A stretch of 64,000 nucleotides of DNA from Clostridia bacterium (lineage in GTDB: Bacteria; Bacillota; Clostridia; Saccharofermentanales; UBA5734): NCBI GenBank assembly GCA_040772725.1, contig JAXGXR010000002.1:949223-1013222 (forward strand), in the 5' to 3' direction. Position 1 is the first letter of the stretch; the number at the start of each line of letters is the position of its first letter. This document shows positions 44,933 to 54,110 of the stretch, in pieces. The notes below the pieces were generated by a model. It made no database searches. It worked only from the letters and a program-made list of their open reading frames with translations, and was not told where the DNA came from. Both the position numbers and the translations under genes were made by a program.

Positions 44933-45931
44933 TCACATCGACTTGTCAGACAGTTGGACGACCGTCCTTGGCTTGAGCCAGCCATGCCGAGGTGCCAATC
45001 TGCCATACCAGGCAGCGCCCTGCACCTGCAGGATGAAGGCCAGCGTGACCACCAGTGCGGTCTGGGGCCCGAAAGCGGTTACAGCAATGCCAAGCGCGAT
45101 GGATAAATTGCGCATGACCGTCCCGTATACCAGCGCATAACCATCGGCCGGCTTGAGAGCCCAACGGGCCATCAGGGTGCTGATGATGAAATTGAATCCG
45201 TAAAAGATGGCCAGAAGCAGGAAAACCTGCAGCAGGGCGGAAGGGTCCTGGACGATGCTTTTCGCTTTCATGCCGATGCTGGCAAAAATCAGAACCATGA
45301 GGAACCAGACACTGACTGCCGGAAAAAGAGGCTTGACCTTCTTGAGGTAAACTTCAGGCTCGTACCGATTCTGAAGCAATCGGAAGGTGATGCTGCCGAT
45401 GACCATCGGCAGGACCACGACCAGAAGGATGGTGATGAAGGTCTGGATGATGTCCACCTTGACCAGTTTGCCCACGAGGAAATAAAGATACCATGGGGCC
45501 AGGAACGACCCCAGCAGCAAACTGATGGCCGTGATCTTGATGGCAGCGGCTACGTTGCCTTTGCTCAGCATGGTCCAGGAAATGGTCATGCCACTGGTCG
45601 GGAAAAGGGAGATCATGATCAGCCCGACAAACATTTCAGGCTGCCCTCGCAGCAGCAAGGAACCGAGACTGAAGGCAGCCAGTGGAATCAGGAGGAAATT
45701 GACGCCAAGGGACAGAAGCAGGGGCCGCATATGGGACAGATCGACCGCTTCCTTGATCTTGAATCCGATCATGGTCGGATAGATCATCAAGAAAGTCAGG
45801 ACCAGGATATAGTCCTTGAAAAAGGAAAGGTCGAAATACAGTCCAGCCAGGAATCCAAGGGCCAGGACAACCGGTATCGCGACCACCAGATGGGTTGAGG
45901 GATAGATAAACCATTTTCGCATATGAATCAC
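44933..45931 (-). CDS. BASS/ACR3-superfamily transporter (bile acid:Na+ symporter-like)
   Basis: 332 aa, about 10 TM, SBF-like pattern. It lacks the ACR3 RCIAMV-type motif, so the substrate is unclear. Confidence 0.65.
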   Translation of the reverse strand: MIHMRKWFIYPSTHLVVAIPVVLALGFLAGLYFDLSFFKDYILVLTFLMIYPTMIGFKIKEAVDLSHMRPLLLSLGVNFLLIPLAAFSLGSLLLRGQPEMFVGLIMISLFPTSGMTISWTMLSKGNVAAAIKITAISLLLGSFLAPWYLYFLVGKLVKVDIIQTFITILLVVVLPMVIGSITFRLLQNRYEPEVYLKKVKPLFPAVSVWFLMVLIFASIGMKAKSIVQDPSALLQVFLLLAIFYGFNFIISTLMARWALKPADGYALVYGTVMRNLSIALGIAVTAFGPQTALVVTLAFILQVQGAAWYGRLAPRHGWLKPRTVVQLSDKSM

Positions 45932-46003
45932 ACCTGTTCATTCAAGATAAGGGCATGATAGATAGCGAAAAGGCTAGTTGTCTGTGTAAAAGTTACACTT
46001 CCA

Positions 46004-46183
46004 TCAGTGTGACTGTCTCGATGAAGGTGCCACGAACTCCTCGGCTGACTCGCTTTCCTGGGAAGAAATATCCGGGTCGTTCTGTGTCTTGTACGACAAG
46101 TCGGCCAATTCGTGATATGTGGCAAAATGCAGATGGGGAATCCGGCACAGATGACAGTAATTGTTCGGGCGAATCAGTTCCAT
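46004..46183 (-). CDS. hypothetical small protein (59 aa)
   Basis: ATG 46183 lies 7 nt downstream of a perfect AAGGAGG. Contains a CHLC motif and an acidic tail. No family recognised. Confidence 0.3.
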   Translation of the reverse strand: MELIRPNNYCHLCRIPHLHFATYHELADLSYKTQNDPDISSQESESAEEFVAPSSRQSH

Positions 46184-46256
46184 TTCGTCAACCTCCTTCA
46201 TAAACGGCACATGTTTTGTATGGTTCATGAAACCCGACCGGGATCATTTGCCACCG

Positions 46257-47513
46257 TCAGGGGAAAATGCCCCGAATGTTTTTGGCGCGCACGAGTTTGC
46301 GCAAGGCCACCATGTACGCGGCCGATCGCAAGGTCACGTTCTTTTCCAGATGCAGCGCGTACACTTCATCGATCGCGGACACCATGATCCGGTTCAGCGT
46401 CTTGTTGACCTCATCTTCATCCCAGATCAGGGACTGGATGTTCTGGACCCATTCAAAATAGGAGACGACCACGCCTCCCGCATTGGCCAGGATGTCGGGG
46501 ATGACGATGACACCTCTCTTTTCGAGGATTTCGTCCGCGGCGACTGTTGTCGGTCCGTTTGCCCCTTCGACGATGACCTTTGCCCGAATCCGTTTCGCGA
46601 TTCCCTCGGTGATCTGGTTTTCCATGGCAGCCGGCACCAGCACGTCCACATCGCTCGTCAAGAGTTCTTCGTTGGAAATATGGCTGACCCCTTCAGCCGA
46701 GAATTCTTTCAGGAGATGTCCGCGTACGGAAAGATGTCTGAGGATTTCATCGACTGGCAAGCCTTCCTTTTTGTACACACCTCCGGAGACATCGCTGACC
46801 GCAACGATGGTTGCGCCGGACTCGGAAAGCAGTTTGGCGGAGGTGGAGCCGACATTGCCCATGCCCTGGACCGCCACGGTCACCTGTTCGATCGGCATGC
46901 CCATTTTGGCCAGCACTTCGTGGGTGGTGATCGTGACACCCCGCCCGGTCGCTTCAGCCCGGCCGAGCGAACCGCCGATATCGACGGGCTTGCCGGTGAC
47001 CACGCCGGGAACGGCATACCCCTTGAGCATGCTGTACGAATCCATGATCCAGCCCATCACATCGGCGTTTGTGTTGATGTCAGGAGCGGGTATGTCCTTC
47101 TCAGGGCCGATGATCGGTAGAATCATGGCTGTATAGCGGCGGGTCAGCCTTTCGATTTCACCTCGGGAGAGCTTGGTGGGATCCACTTTGATGGCGCCTT
47201 TGGCTCCGCCAAAGGGAAGCCCGACAACGGCGCACTTGAAGGTCATCCAGGCGGCCAGCGCCTTGACTTCATCAATGTCGGTGTCCTGATGATAGCGGAT
47301 GCCGCCTTTGCATGGCCCTCGCGAACTGGAATGCTGGACGCGGAATCCCTCGAAAATCCGGATACTGCCATCATCCATCTTGACCGGAAAGGACACTTTG
47401 AGTTCCCGTTCCGGATACATGGTGGTAATGTAATCTTTTTCTTTCAAGCCCAGTAAGTCAGCGGCTTTTTTAATCGTCGAAAGTACATTGTCGTAAGGAT
47501 TGTAGGCACTCAT
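46257..47513 (-). CDS. NAD(P)-dependent glutamate dehydrogenase
   Basis: Glu/Leu/Phe/Val dehydrogenase signatures PCKGGIRYH and LPFGGAKGAI, plus Rossmann motif VQGMGNVG. Start placed at ATG 47513. Confidence 0.9.
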   Translation of the reverse strand: MSAYNPYDNVLSTIKKAADLLGLKEKDYITTMYPERELKVSFPVKMDDGSIRIFEGFRVQHSSSRGPCKGGIRYHQDTDIDEVKALAAWMTFKCAVVGLPFGGAKGAIKVDPTKLSRGEIERLTRRYTAMILPIIGPEKDIPAPDINTNADVMGWIMDSYSMLKGYAVPGVVTGKPVDIGGSLGRAEATGRGVTITTHEVLAKMGMPIEQVTVAVQGMGNVGSTSAKLLSESGATIVAVSDVSGGVYKKEGLPVDEILRHLSVRGHLLKEFSAEGVSHISNEELLTSDVDVLVPAAMENQITEGIAKRIRAKVIVEGANGPTTVAADEILEKRGVIVIPDILANAGGVVVSYFEWVQNIQSLIWDEDEVNKTLNRIMVSAIDEVYALHLEKNVTLRSAAYMVALRKLVRAKNIRGIFP

Positions 47514-47660
47514 CCCAACCACCCTTTCACGATATGAAAATCGTACATCCCAATTTCATTGTAGGATGGTTTTGATATATAATCTAATATATAATTATTT
47601 ATAGAATACATATATAAGAAGTTATAGATGTGCTGATTTTCGTTGGCCGGAGTGTGCGGT

Positions 47661-48596
47661 ATGTTCACGAACAAGGAATATGTCTATGAAGTCTATAAAG
47701 TGCGCAGTTTTTCCAAGGCGGCGGAGAAACTTTTCATATCCCAGCCTTCTTTAAGCGCGACCATCAAGCGCATCGAGGAACGGATCGGCGCGGCCCTGTT
47801 CGATCGAAGCGTCTATCCAATCCAGTTGACGGACTGTGGAGTCGAGTACATCAAGTGTGTCGAAAAGATCCAGGATATCGAGAATGGTTTTCACCACTTC
47901 ATGAACGACATGAACGAATCGGTGGCCGGCAGCCTGACAATCGGTGCGACCAGTTTTTTCGCCTCGTTTATCCTGCCACCGATGATTGCCCGGTTTCAGG
48001 AAAAATATCCCCATGTCAAGACAGAACTGATCGAGTCAAGCACGGTCGAACTCGAAAAAATGCTGCGCAGTGGCGATGTCGACCTGATCGTCGATAATTA
48101 TCAATATGATGACACACAATTCATCAAACGACCTTTTTATCAGGAACGACTGGTTTTATCAGTTCCGGAGCGCTTGATCCCGCATGAGCGTTGCCGGCCT
48201 TTTGCCCTCAGCCGACAGGATGTCCTGTCTGACCGTCATCTGGCTGATCAGACACCGGCCATTCCGCTCCAAATGTTCAAGAAGTCGCCCTTTGTCCTGC
48301 TCAAGCGAGGGAATGACACCCGCCTGAGAGCGGACCGGATCTGTGAGGAAAGTGGGATCGAGCCTCGGATCGTCCTGTTGCTGGATCAGCTGTCGACCGC
48401 CTATCAAGTTTCGAGTCACGGCATGGGGATCACATTTGTCAGTGACGCCCTGATCAAGCAGGTCGTTACGGAGCATGAGATCGCCTACTTCAAGATAGAC
48501 AGCCCCCATACGCTTCGCCAGAACTGGTTCATTTACCGGCACAACAAGTATGTGACCCGGACGATGGAAGCGTTTCTGACCATTGCCCAGGTATAG
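47661..48596 (+). CDS. LysR-family transcriptional regulator
   Basis: N-terminal HTH FSKAAEKLFISQPSLSATIKRIEERIG and a C-terminal LysR substrate-binding domain. Divergent from the GDH gene. Confidence 0.85.
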   Translation: MFTNKEYVYEVYKVRSFSKAAEKLFISQPSLSATIKRIEERIGAALFDRSVYPIQLTDCGVEYIKCVEKIQDIENGFHHFMNDMNESVAGSLTIGATSFFASFILPPMIARFQEKYPHVKTELIESSTVELEKMLRSGDVDLIVDNYQYDDTQFIKRPFYQERLVLSVPERLIPHERCRPFALSRQDVLSDRHLADQTPAIPLQMFKKSPFVLLKRGNDTRLRADRICEESGIEPRIVLLLDQLSTAYQVSSHGMGITFVSDALIKQVVTEHEIAYFKIDSPHTLRQNWFIYRHNKYVTRTMEAFLTIAQV

Positions 48597-48638
48597 GGCG
48601 CCATTTGATCGATATCACCCAATCCATGAAAGGATCAC

Positions 48639-49739
48639 TTACGTTTTTTCAGTGCCGGCATTCAGGGCCGCCATCGCTTCACCGATCGTATTGGCTTGCC
48701 CACTGGTCACGATGATCTCCATCTGCTCCAATTTATCCAGCGTCAGAAAATCCTTCCCAAGGTAGCCCTCATATTCCGATGAAAGATTCAACGACAGTTT
48801 ATTCAGGCATTCCAGATTTTCCTTGTTTTGATCATAGACTTTCCGGTACTCCGACTTCAGGCTGCTGACCTCCTCTTCGTGTCTGGCAAGGATTTGCTCC
48901 TTGATCGTCTGACTGGTGACGGTGTCGAAATCGGAGAGCGCGGCTTTTTTCTGCTGCAGCAAATCGTTGATGGACTGCTGCAGGCCCTGGATTTCCTGGT
49001 CAAACGATTCCAGGTCATAAGGGCTGTCGTCTTTGTCCTTCTGGATCTGCCGCCTGATTTTTTTCTGTTTCCTTTTGCTTTCCTGAATCCGTCGACGCAT
49101 TTCACGGACCCGGTCGAGCGCAGCCTGGTGTTTGTACTTTGTTTTCCCCAAAATCAGATACGCACCACCGAAAATGATGATTGTGCATATGTAGCACAAG
49201 GCCAGATAAAGGACACCTTTTTCATCGAACAGCAGTTGGTAGAGACCGAACGGGATGACGAAAAAGACGATGGCCAACGTCAGCGCAATGATCCCCCAAT
49301 CCCCCAGCCCTCTTGGAAAATAAAGCGCGAAAAACAGGCGATTGTTGTACACATGCGGAATGTGCTCCTGCTTGAAAATCGACTTTCCGGTCAAGTGCAG
49401 CTCTTCCGCTTCATTGCGAAAATCAGCGGTTTCGACGTCGATTCGTGAAACAACCGCTTTTTTACGTGACTTCTCCTTGCTGGCCTGTACTTTCTTCAGT
49501 TTTTCAGTCACATGATCGACCTGCTTGTCGATGGTCGATTCGATCTGAAGCCTGCGCTGACGGGTGACTTGCGCGATTTCATCCGCGATCTCGCGCTCTT
49601 TCTTTTCCAGGCTTTTCTCCAGCTGAGTCTCCTGCGTCCCCAGCGACGCTTTCTGCTCGGTGCACTGATTGAATTCCATCACCTTTTGTTTGATGACCTT
49701 GAGCTCTTCAAGACCTCCCAATAGCACGTTTGGTTCCAT
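48639..49739 (-). CDS. coiled-coil / 2-TM / coiled-coil membrane protein, unknown function
   Basis: 366 aa. Heptad-rich, charged N- and C-terminal halves flank two adjacent hydrophobic helices. No motif recognised. Confidence 0.55.
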   Translation of the reverse strand: MEPNVLLGGLEELKVIKQKVMEFNQCTEQKASLGTQETQLEKSLEKKEREIADEIAQVTRQRRLQIESTIDKQVDHVTEKLKKVQASKEKSRKKAVVSRIDVETADFRNEAEELHLTGKSIFKQEHIPHVYNNRLFFALYFPRGLGDWGIIALTLAIVFFVIPFGLYQLLFDEKGVLYLALCYICTIIIFGGAYLILGKTKYKHQAALDRVREMRRRIQESKRKQKKIRRQIQKDKDDSPYDLESFDQEIQGLQQSINDLLQQKKAALSDFDTVTSQTIKEQILARHEEEVSSLKSEYRKVYDQNKENLECLNKLSLNLSSEYEGYLGKDFLTLDKLEQMEIIVTSGQANTIGEAMAALNAGTEKT

Positions 49740-49975
49740 CCTGCACTCCTTTCGAGCCTGCAGCGGATTTGTTCTCCACTGTCATCAACATGACATAAAA
49801 CCTGCGTTTGAAATCAGATGCAATATCTGATTTCATTCAAACAAATCTGCGTCTTCACTTCAAGTTAAAGAAGAAAATTTTGAACTCGCCAATAAAAATT
49901 GAACAGATTGACGGCAAACATCCCACGCACCCTGTTACCGAGAGCCTACGTCAATCAGGTCAAGGATGTCCCTTC

Positions 49976-50008
49976 GAAAAAGAAAAAACCACTGTTTCCA
50001 GTGGTTTT
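49976..50008 (-). terminator. rho-independent terminator of tRNA-Ala
   Basis: Minus strand reads AAAACCACTG-gaaa-CAGTGGTTTT followed by TTCTTTTT, directly after the tRNA CCA end. Confidence 0.85.
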
Positions 50009-50084
50009 TGGTGGAGCATAGGGGATTCGAACCCCTGACCCCAACACTGCCAGTGTTGTGCGCTCCCAACTGCGCTAATGCCCC
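50009..50084 (-). tRNA. tRNA-Ala (anticodon GGC)
   Basis: 76-nt cloverleaf folded by hand. Acceptor GGGGCAT/ATGCTCC has the G3:U70 Ala identity pair. D stem GCGC/GCGC, anticodon loop CU-GGC-AG, T arm AGGGG-TTCGAAT-CCCCT, encoded CCA. Confidence 0.95.
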
Positions 50085-50130
50085 GTGGCCTAAATGATTC
50101 TATTATACAGCCGTATCAATGTCAATAGGA

Positions 50131-51558
50131 CGGCGTACCTTATATAAAATGAGCGCGAAATAGTAATGGTGCCTCACATACTTTTAAGCGCGAAAAAAAT
50201 ATACTTGAAATATGAATAAGGAAGTTGTATCCATGGCATCAAGAATTGAAGTATCTCGGAAACTGAAGACCGCGTATACCCGGGCGACGAAGGGTGAGAA
50301 GTCTGTCATTCTGGACACATTCTGCCAGAGCACCGGATTGAGCAGGTCTTGCGCCCGAGGATACCTGACTTCCAAGACACGGGGCAAGAAGAATGTCGTG
50401 CGCATCGACCGTCGACAAAGTCGACCCACGAAATACAGTACAGCTGCCAAGGAGAAGCTGGTGTGGTTGTGGCGCGTGATGTTCATGCCTTGTGGGAAGT
50501 ATCTCGTAGCGGAACGTGCGCAGTGGATTGCCGCTTTGGAAGCACACGGCGAACTGGTCCTGGGTCAACACGGCTGGACAGACAGTGTGCGTACAGAAGT
50601 GCTGGCCATGAGTGCGGCAACCGTCGACCGTTACCTGAACCCGGAACGAGCGCGGTTAAAGCTCAAGGGCATCAGTACAACCAAGCCTGGCGCACTGCTG
50701 CGCCACTCGATCAAAATCCGCAAGGCCGGCGACGAGTGTGAAGCAGAGCCCGGCTTCATGGAAGTCGATACAGCCGCACACTGCGGCCCAACCCTTAAAG
50801 GCGAGTTTGCCAGGACGCTGACGCTGACGGATGTGTTCACAGGCTGGATCCATCTGGAGGCAATGCGGAACAACGCGCATGTGCACATTCGCTCCGCCTT
50901 GGATGCGGCGATTGACACCATCCCCTACCAAGTCCAGGGATTGGACTGTGACAACGGCAGCGAACTCATCAACTACGATGTCGTCAACTGGGCTGCAGGA
51001 CGGCAGATCTTCTTCACCCGAGCCCGCCCCTACAAAAAGAACGACCAGGCACACGTCGAGTCCAAGAACAACCATGTCGTCCGTCGCTACGGCTTCTATT
51101 ACCGCTATGACACGGAGGCGGAGAGACAGACGCTGGACCAACTGTGGAAGGTGGTCTGTCTTAAAATGAACTTCTTCACCGCCACAAAAAAACCAATCGG
51201 CTGGACGTCGGATGCCGTTGGCCGGCGCAAGCGGCTGTACGACAACCCCAAGACGCCCCTCGAACGTCTGTTGGATGCCGACGTGTTGTCCATCGCCCAA
51301 ATCCAAGAACTCAAAGACCAGCGGGATTCACTCAACCCCGCTTCGCTGAGTCGGGAAATCGTTCGCCTTCAATGTGTCTTAACCAGCTTGGCCAAAGCAA
51401 AAACCGACAGTCTGATGGCCGTGGTCGAAGATGCTAAAAGACGCCGGTTGAAATCCATGCAAGGTGGGCTGAAGGTCAATCCTGGATAGATCTGTTCGCG
51501 CTTAATCTATGTGAGGCACCAATTTATTTTCGCGCTCATATTGACATGAGGCACTACG
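50131..51558 (+). mobile_element. IS element with an rve/DDE-type transposase (IS481- or IS1202/ISNCY-like), 1428 bp
   Basis: About 50-bp imperfect terminal inverted repeats, including ATGAGCGCGAAA...GGTGCCTCACATA at both ends. 5-bp direct repeat TAGGA at 50126-50130 and 51559-51563. The uninterrupted target sequence is seen at 54131-54140. Confidence 0.85.
50212..51489 (+). CDS. DDE (rve integrase-core) transposase
   Basis: 425-aa ORF filling the IS. N-terminal HTH-like region and an rve-like core. The start may instead be ATG 50233. Confidence 0.8.
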   Translation: MNKEVVSMASRIEVSRKLKTAYTRATKGEKSVILDTFCQSTGLSRSCARGYLTSKTRGKKNVVRIDRRQSRPTKYSTAAKEKLVWLWRVMFMPCGKYLVAERAQWIAALEAHGELVLGQHGWTDSVRTEVLAMSAATVDRYLNPERARLKLKGISTTKPGALLRHSIKIRKAGDECEAEPGFMEVDTAAHCGPTLKGEFARTLTLTDVFTGWIHLEAMRNNAHVHIRSALDAAIDTIPYQVQGLDCDNGSELINYDVVNWAAGRQIFFTRARPYKKNDQAHVESKNNHVVRRYGFYYRYDTEAERQTLDQLWKVVCLKMNFFTATKKPIGWTSDAVGRRKRLYDNPKTPLERLLDADVLSIAQIQELKDQRDSLNPASLSREIVRLQCVLTSLAKAKTDSLMAVVEDAKRRRLKSMQGGLKVNPG

Positions 51559-51563
51559 TAGGA

Positions 51564-52099
51564 AATGCAGCCGTTTGTGGCCGTTTCCAATCGCCGGTTA
51601 CATGCACACTGGGCGCCCGGAAGTTAGTTCCGTCGGGTTCCGAAATCCGAAATCGTGCCAGGCGCCCGAACGGAACTCGCATAATCCCACGGCTTGTGAT
51701 GTTACAGGCTCAGTGCTTGCGGGGAGCTTCTTTTAATAAGTACTGAAACGGTGTCTGGCACCGCCCACTTGGCGGTGCCAGACAATATTTCAGAACCAGC
51801 GCGTCGTCACGCCCTGTAATGCTACAGCCGCAGAGGTTTTCAGGGGGACTCGAAAATTGGTAACGAAACGGCAGCTGGCACCCATCCCGGAACCAACGGA
51901 ACTAACGGGCAACGGCACACAAGCTCATGGAACAGGCTTGCTGTGACTTAGTCACGGAAACACCTGAACGCGATTTGTCATAGTGACGCAGACAGGCTAT
52001 CGGGGTTATTGTCCCGGGCAGACTGGCACAAAGCGCATTGATTGAGGGGAGTTTGCCATTCATGTCGCATCCGGAAGGCGCATCCTGTATAATAATCTC
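51564..52099. repeat. 565-bp direct repeat, copy 1 (its first 29 bp are at 50102-50130, split off by the rve-type IS)
   Basis: By eye, identical base-for-base to 54111-54675. Confidence 0.9.
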
Positions 52100-54110
52100 C
52101 CAAGTTTTGCAGCATCATGATCTAGCATAAATCCGGAAACCCAGGTGAGGCCGCGATCCGCGGTTCTTTTTTTATTCATTTTGATGCAATCTTTTTGTTA
52201 CATAGTATTGCATAGTTATGTGGTATAATGCCTATAACCGGAGCGATAGGATGGTGCTGCCATGTACGTCAAGAAAAACAGCTGCAAAAACGGGCGCATT
52301 CTTCTGACTTTTACACATGGTTATCGCGAAAATGGCAAAATCAAGCAGAAAAACATCGAAACAATTGGGTATCTGGACGACCTGGAGAAACTCTACGCCG
52401 ATCCGATCGCCCACTTCCGCAAAATTGCCAAGCAGAAAACGGCCGAGAAAGCGTTTGAATCGGAACCGATCCGTCTCAAACTGGATCCTTCGGCCGAGAT
52501 CGGCCAGCTGGAGATCGGCCTGAAGAATCTGGGCTATGCTGTTTTCGAGAAAATTTACCATGAACTCGGCATTCACACCTTCTTTGCCCGCCACGAGAAC
52601 CGGCTGAACATCGATTTCAATCTCAATGCCATTTTCCGGCTTCTGGTCTATTCGCGGATTCTGGACCCGGGCTCCAAAAAGAAGGCCTATGACAAACAGG
52701 ACCAGTTCTTTGAAACCATGGCGCCATCCCTGGAGTCGGTTTACGCAGCCTGGACTACTTTGACCGGTTCAACCTGGACTTGCAGACTTGGCTTAACGAG
52801 GCGGTCAAGAAACAATACGGCCGGAAACATGAATATGCCTACTACGACGTCACCAACTACTATTTCGAAATCGATGAGGAGGACGAGTTGCGCCGCCGCG
52901 GCCCTTGCAAGGAGCACCGGCCCAACCCCATCGTCCAGATGGGGCTTTTGCTCGATAGCCAAGGCTTGCCCCTGGCTTATCACCTATTCCCGGGCAACCA
53001 GTCCGAAAAACTGTCGCTCAACCCGCTGTTGAACCGCTTGAAAGAGGATTTCGGCTTGGGACGGCTGGTTGTCGTGGCCGATAAAGGCCTTAACTGCGGC
53101 GACAATATCGCCTATCAGCTGGCCCATGGCAATGGCTACATCTACAGCCAGTCCATCCGCGGGGCGGACCAGGAGTTCAAGCAGTATGTCCTGGAGCAGG
53201 GCGGGTACAGGCAAAACGGCGAAAACAGCAAGTGCAAATCCCGCATTTATCCCAAGGAAATCACGTTTACCGACGCTAACGGCAAAAAGAAGAAGATCCG
53301 TGTCGACCAGAAGCAGGTTGTGTTCTTCAGTCAGGACTATGCCGACAAAGCCCGGTACGAACGTAACCGGACCGTGGCCAAGGCCAGGAAATACATCAAG
53401 AACGAATCGGGACTCAAGCAGGCACTGGCCTACAGCGCCGCCAGCTACATCAAGGGTTTGCAGTACGACAAGGATGGCGAAGTCATTGAGACCAAGTCCT
53501 TCTTGTATCTGGATGAAGCCAGGATTCGCGAAGAGGAGCAATTTGACGGTTATTACGCGATTGTCACCAGTGAACTGGATACCAGCGATGCAGACATTAT
53601 CGAGACTTACCACGGCCTTTGGAGAATCGAAGAGACGTTCAAGATCTCCAAATCCGACTTCAGGACCCGGCCGATCTATGTCTCGCTCGAGGCCCATGTC
53701 GAGGCGCACTTCCTGACTTGTTTCACCGCCCTGCTTTTGACGCGGGTTCTCGAACTGCGCATGAACAAGGCTGAGCTGCCGGCTGTTCAAGATCATCCGA
53801 GCAAAGACGGTAAGCGTGTTTTTTCATCGTTTGAACTCATTAGATCCCTGCGCAAATACAAATGCAGTCATGTCAGCGAGAATGTCTACAACTTCCACTA
53901 CTCCGATGAGGTCATCCGCAGCATTGAAAAGGTCTTCAATATTGAATTGAACAAACGATTCCGTAAGCGTGGCGACATTCGAAAATTTATTGCCAGTATG
54001 AAAAAATAGGGCTACTATACTACAATCTACACATGATTCAGAAGAGCCGGGGATCGCTGGCACACAGCACTTTCCGGCTCTTTTTATACTTTTCAACTGC
54101 AAAAGTCAGG
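52100..54110 (+). mobile_element. IS1634-like (IS4 superfamily) insertion sequence, 2011 bp
   Basis: Ends read CCAAGTTTTGCAG ... CTGCAAAAGTCAGG (imperfect IR). The transposase N-terminus MYVKKNSCKNGRILLTF is typical of the IS1634 family. Flanked by 565-bp direct repeats. Confidence 0.8.
52262..54009 (+). pseudogene. IS1634-family transposase, frameshifted
   Basis: The reading frame switches near 52744: frame 1 reads ...SLESVY and the next frame continues RSLDYFDRFNLDLQTWLNE. This is consistent with loss of one C in GTTTAC(C)GCAGC. Confidence 0.8.

Noticed and set aside
50102-50125. TTGACA ... TATAAT on the minus strand upstream of tRNA-Ala as a canonical promoter
   Set aside because: The spacer is only 12 nt, and the TG abuts the TATAAT, so it is not TGnTATAAT. 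I do not call it as a feature and mention it only as -10/-35-like sequence.
51546-51746. 66-aa and 64-aa ORFs inside the 565-bp repeats (also 54128-54322)
   Set aside because: Neither has an RBS. The two copies have different starts, and one begins inside the IS end. The composition is Arg-rich and looks non-coding, so I treat the unit as non-coding.
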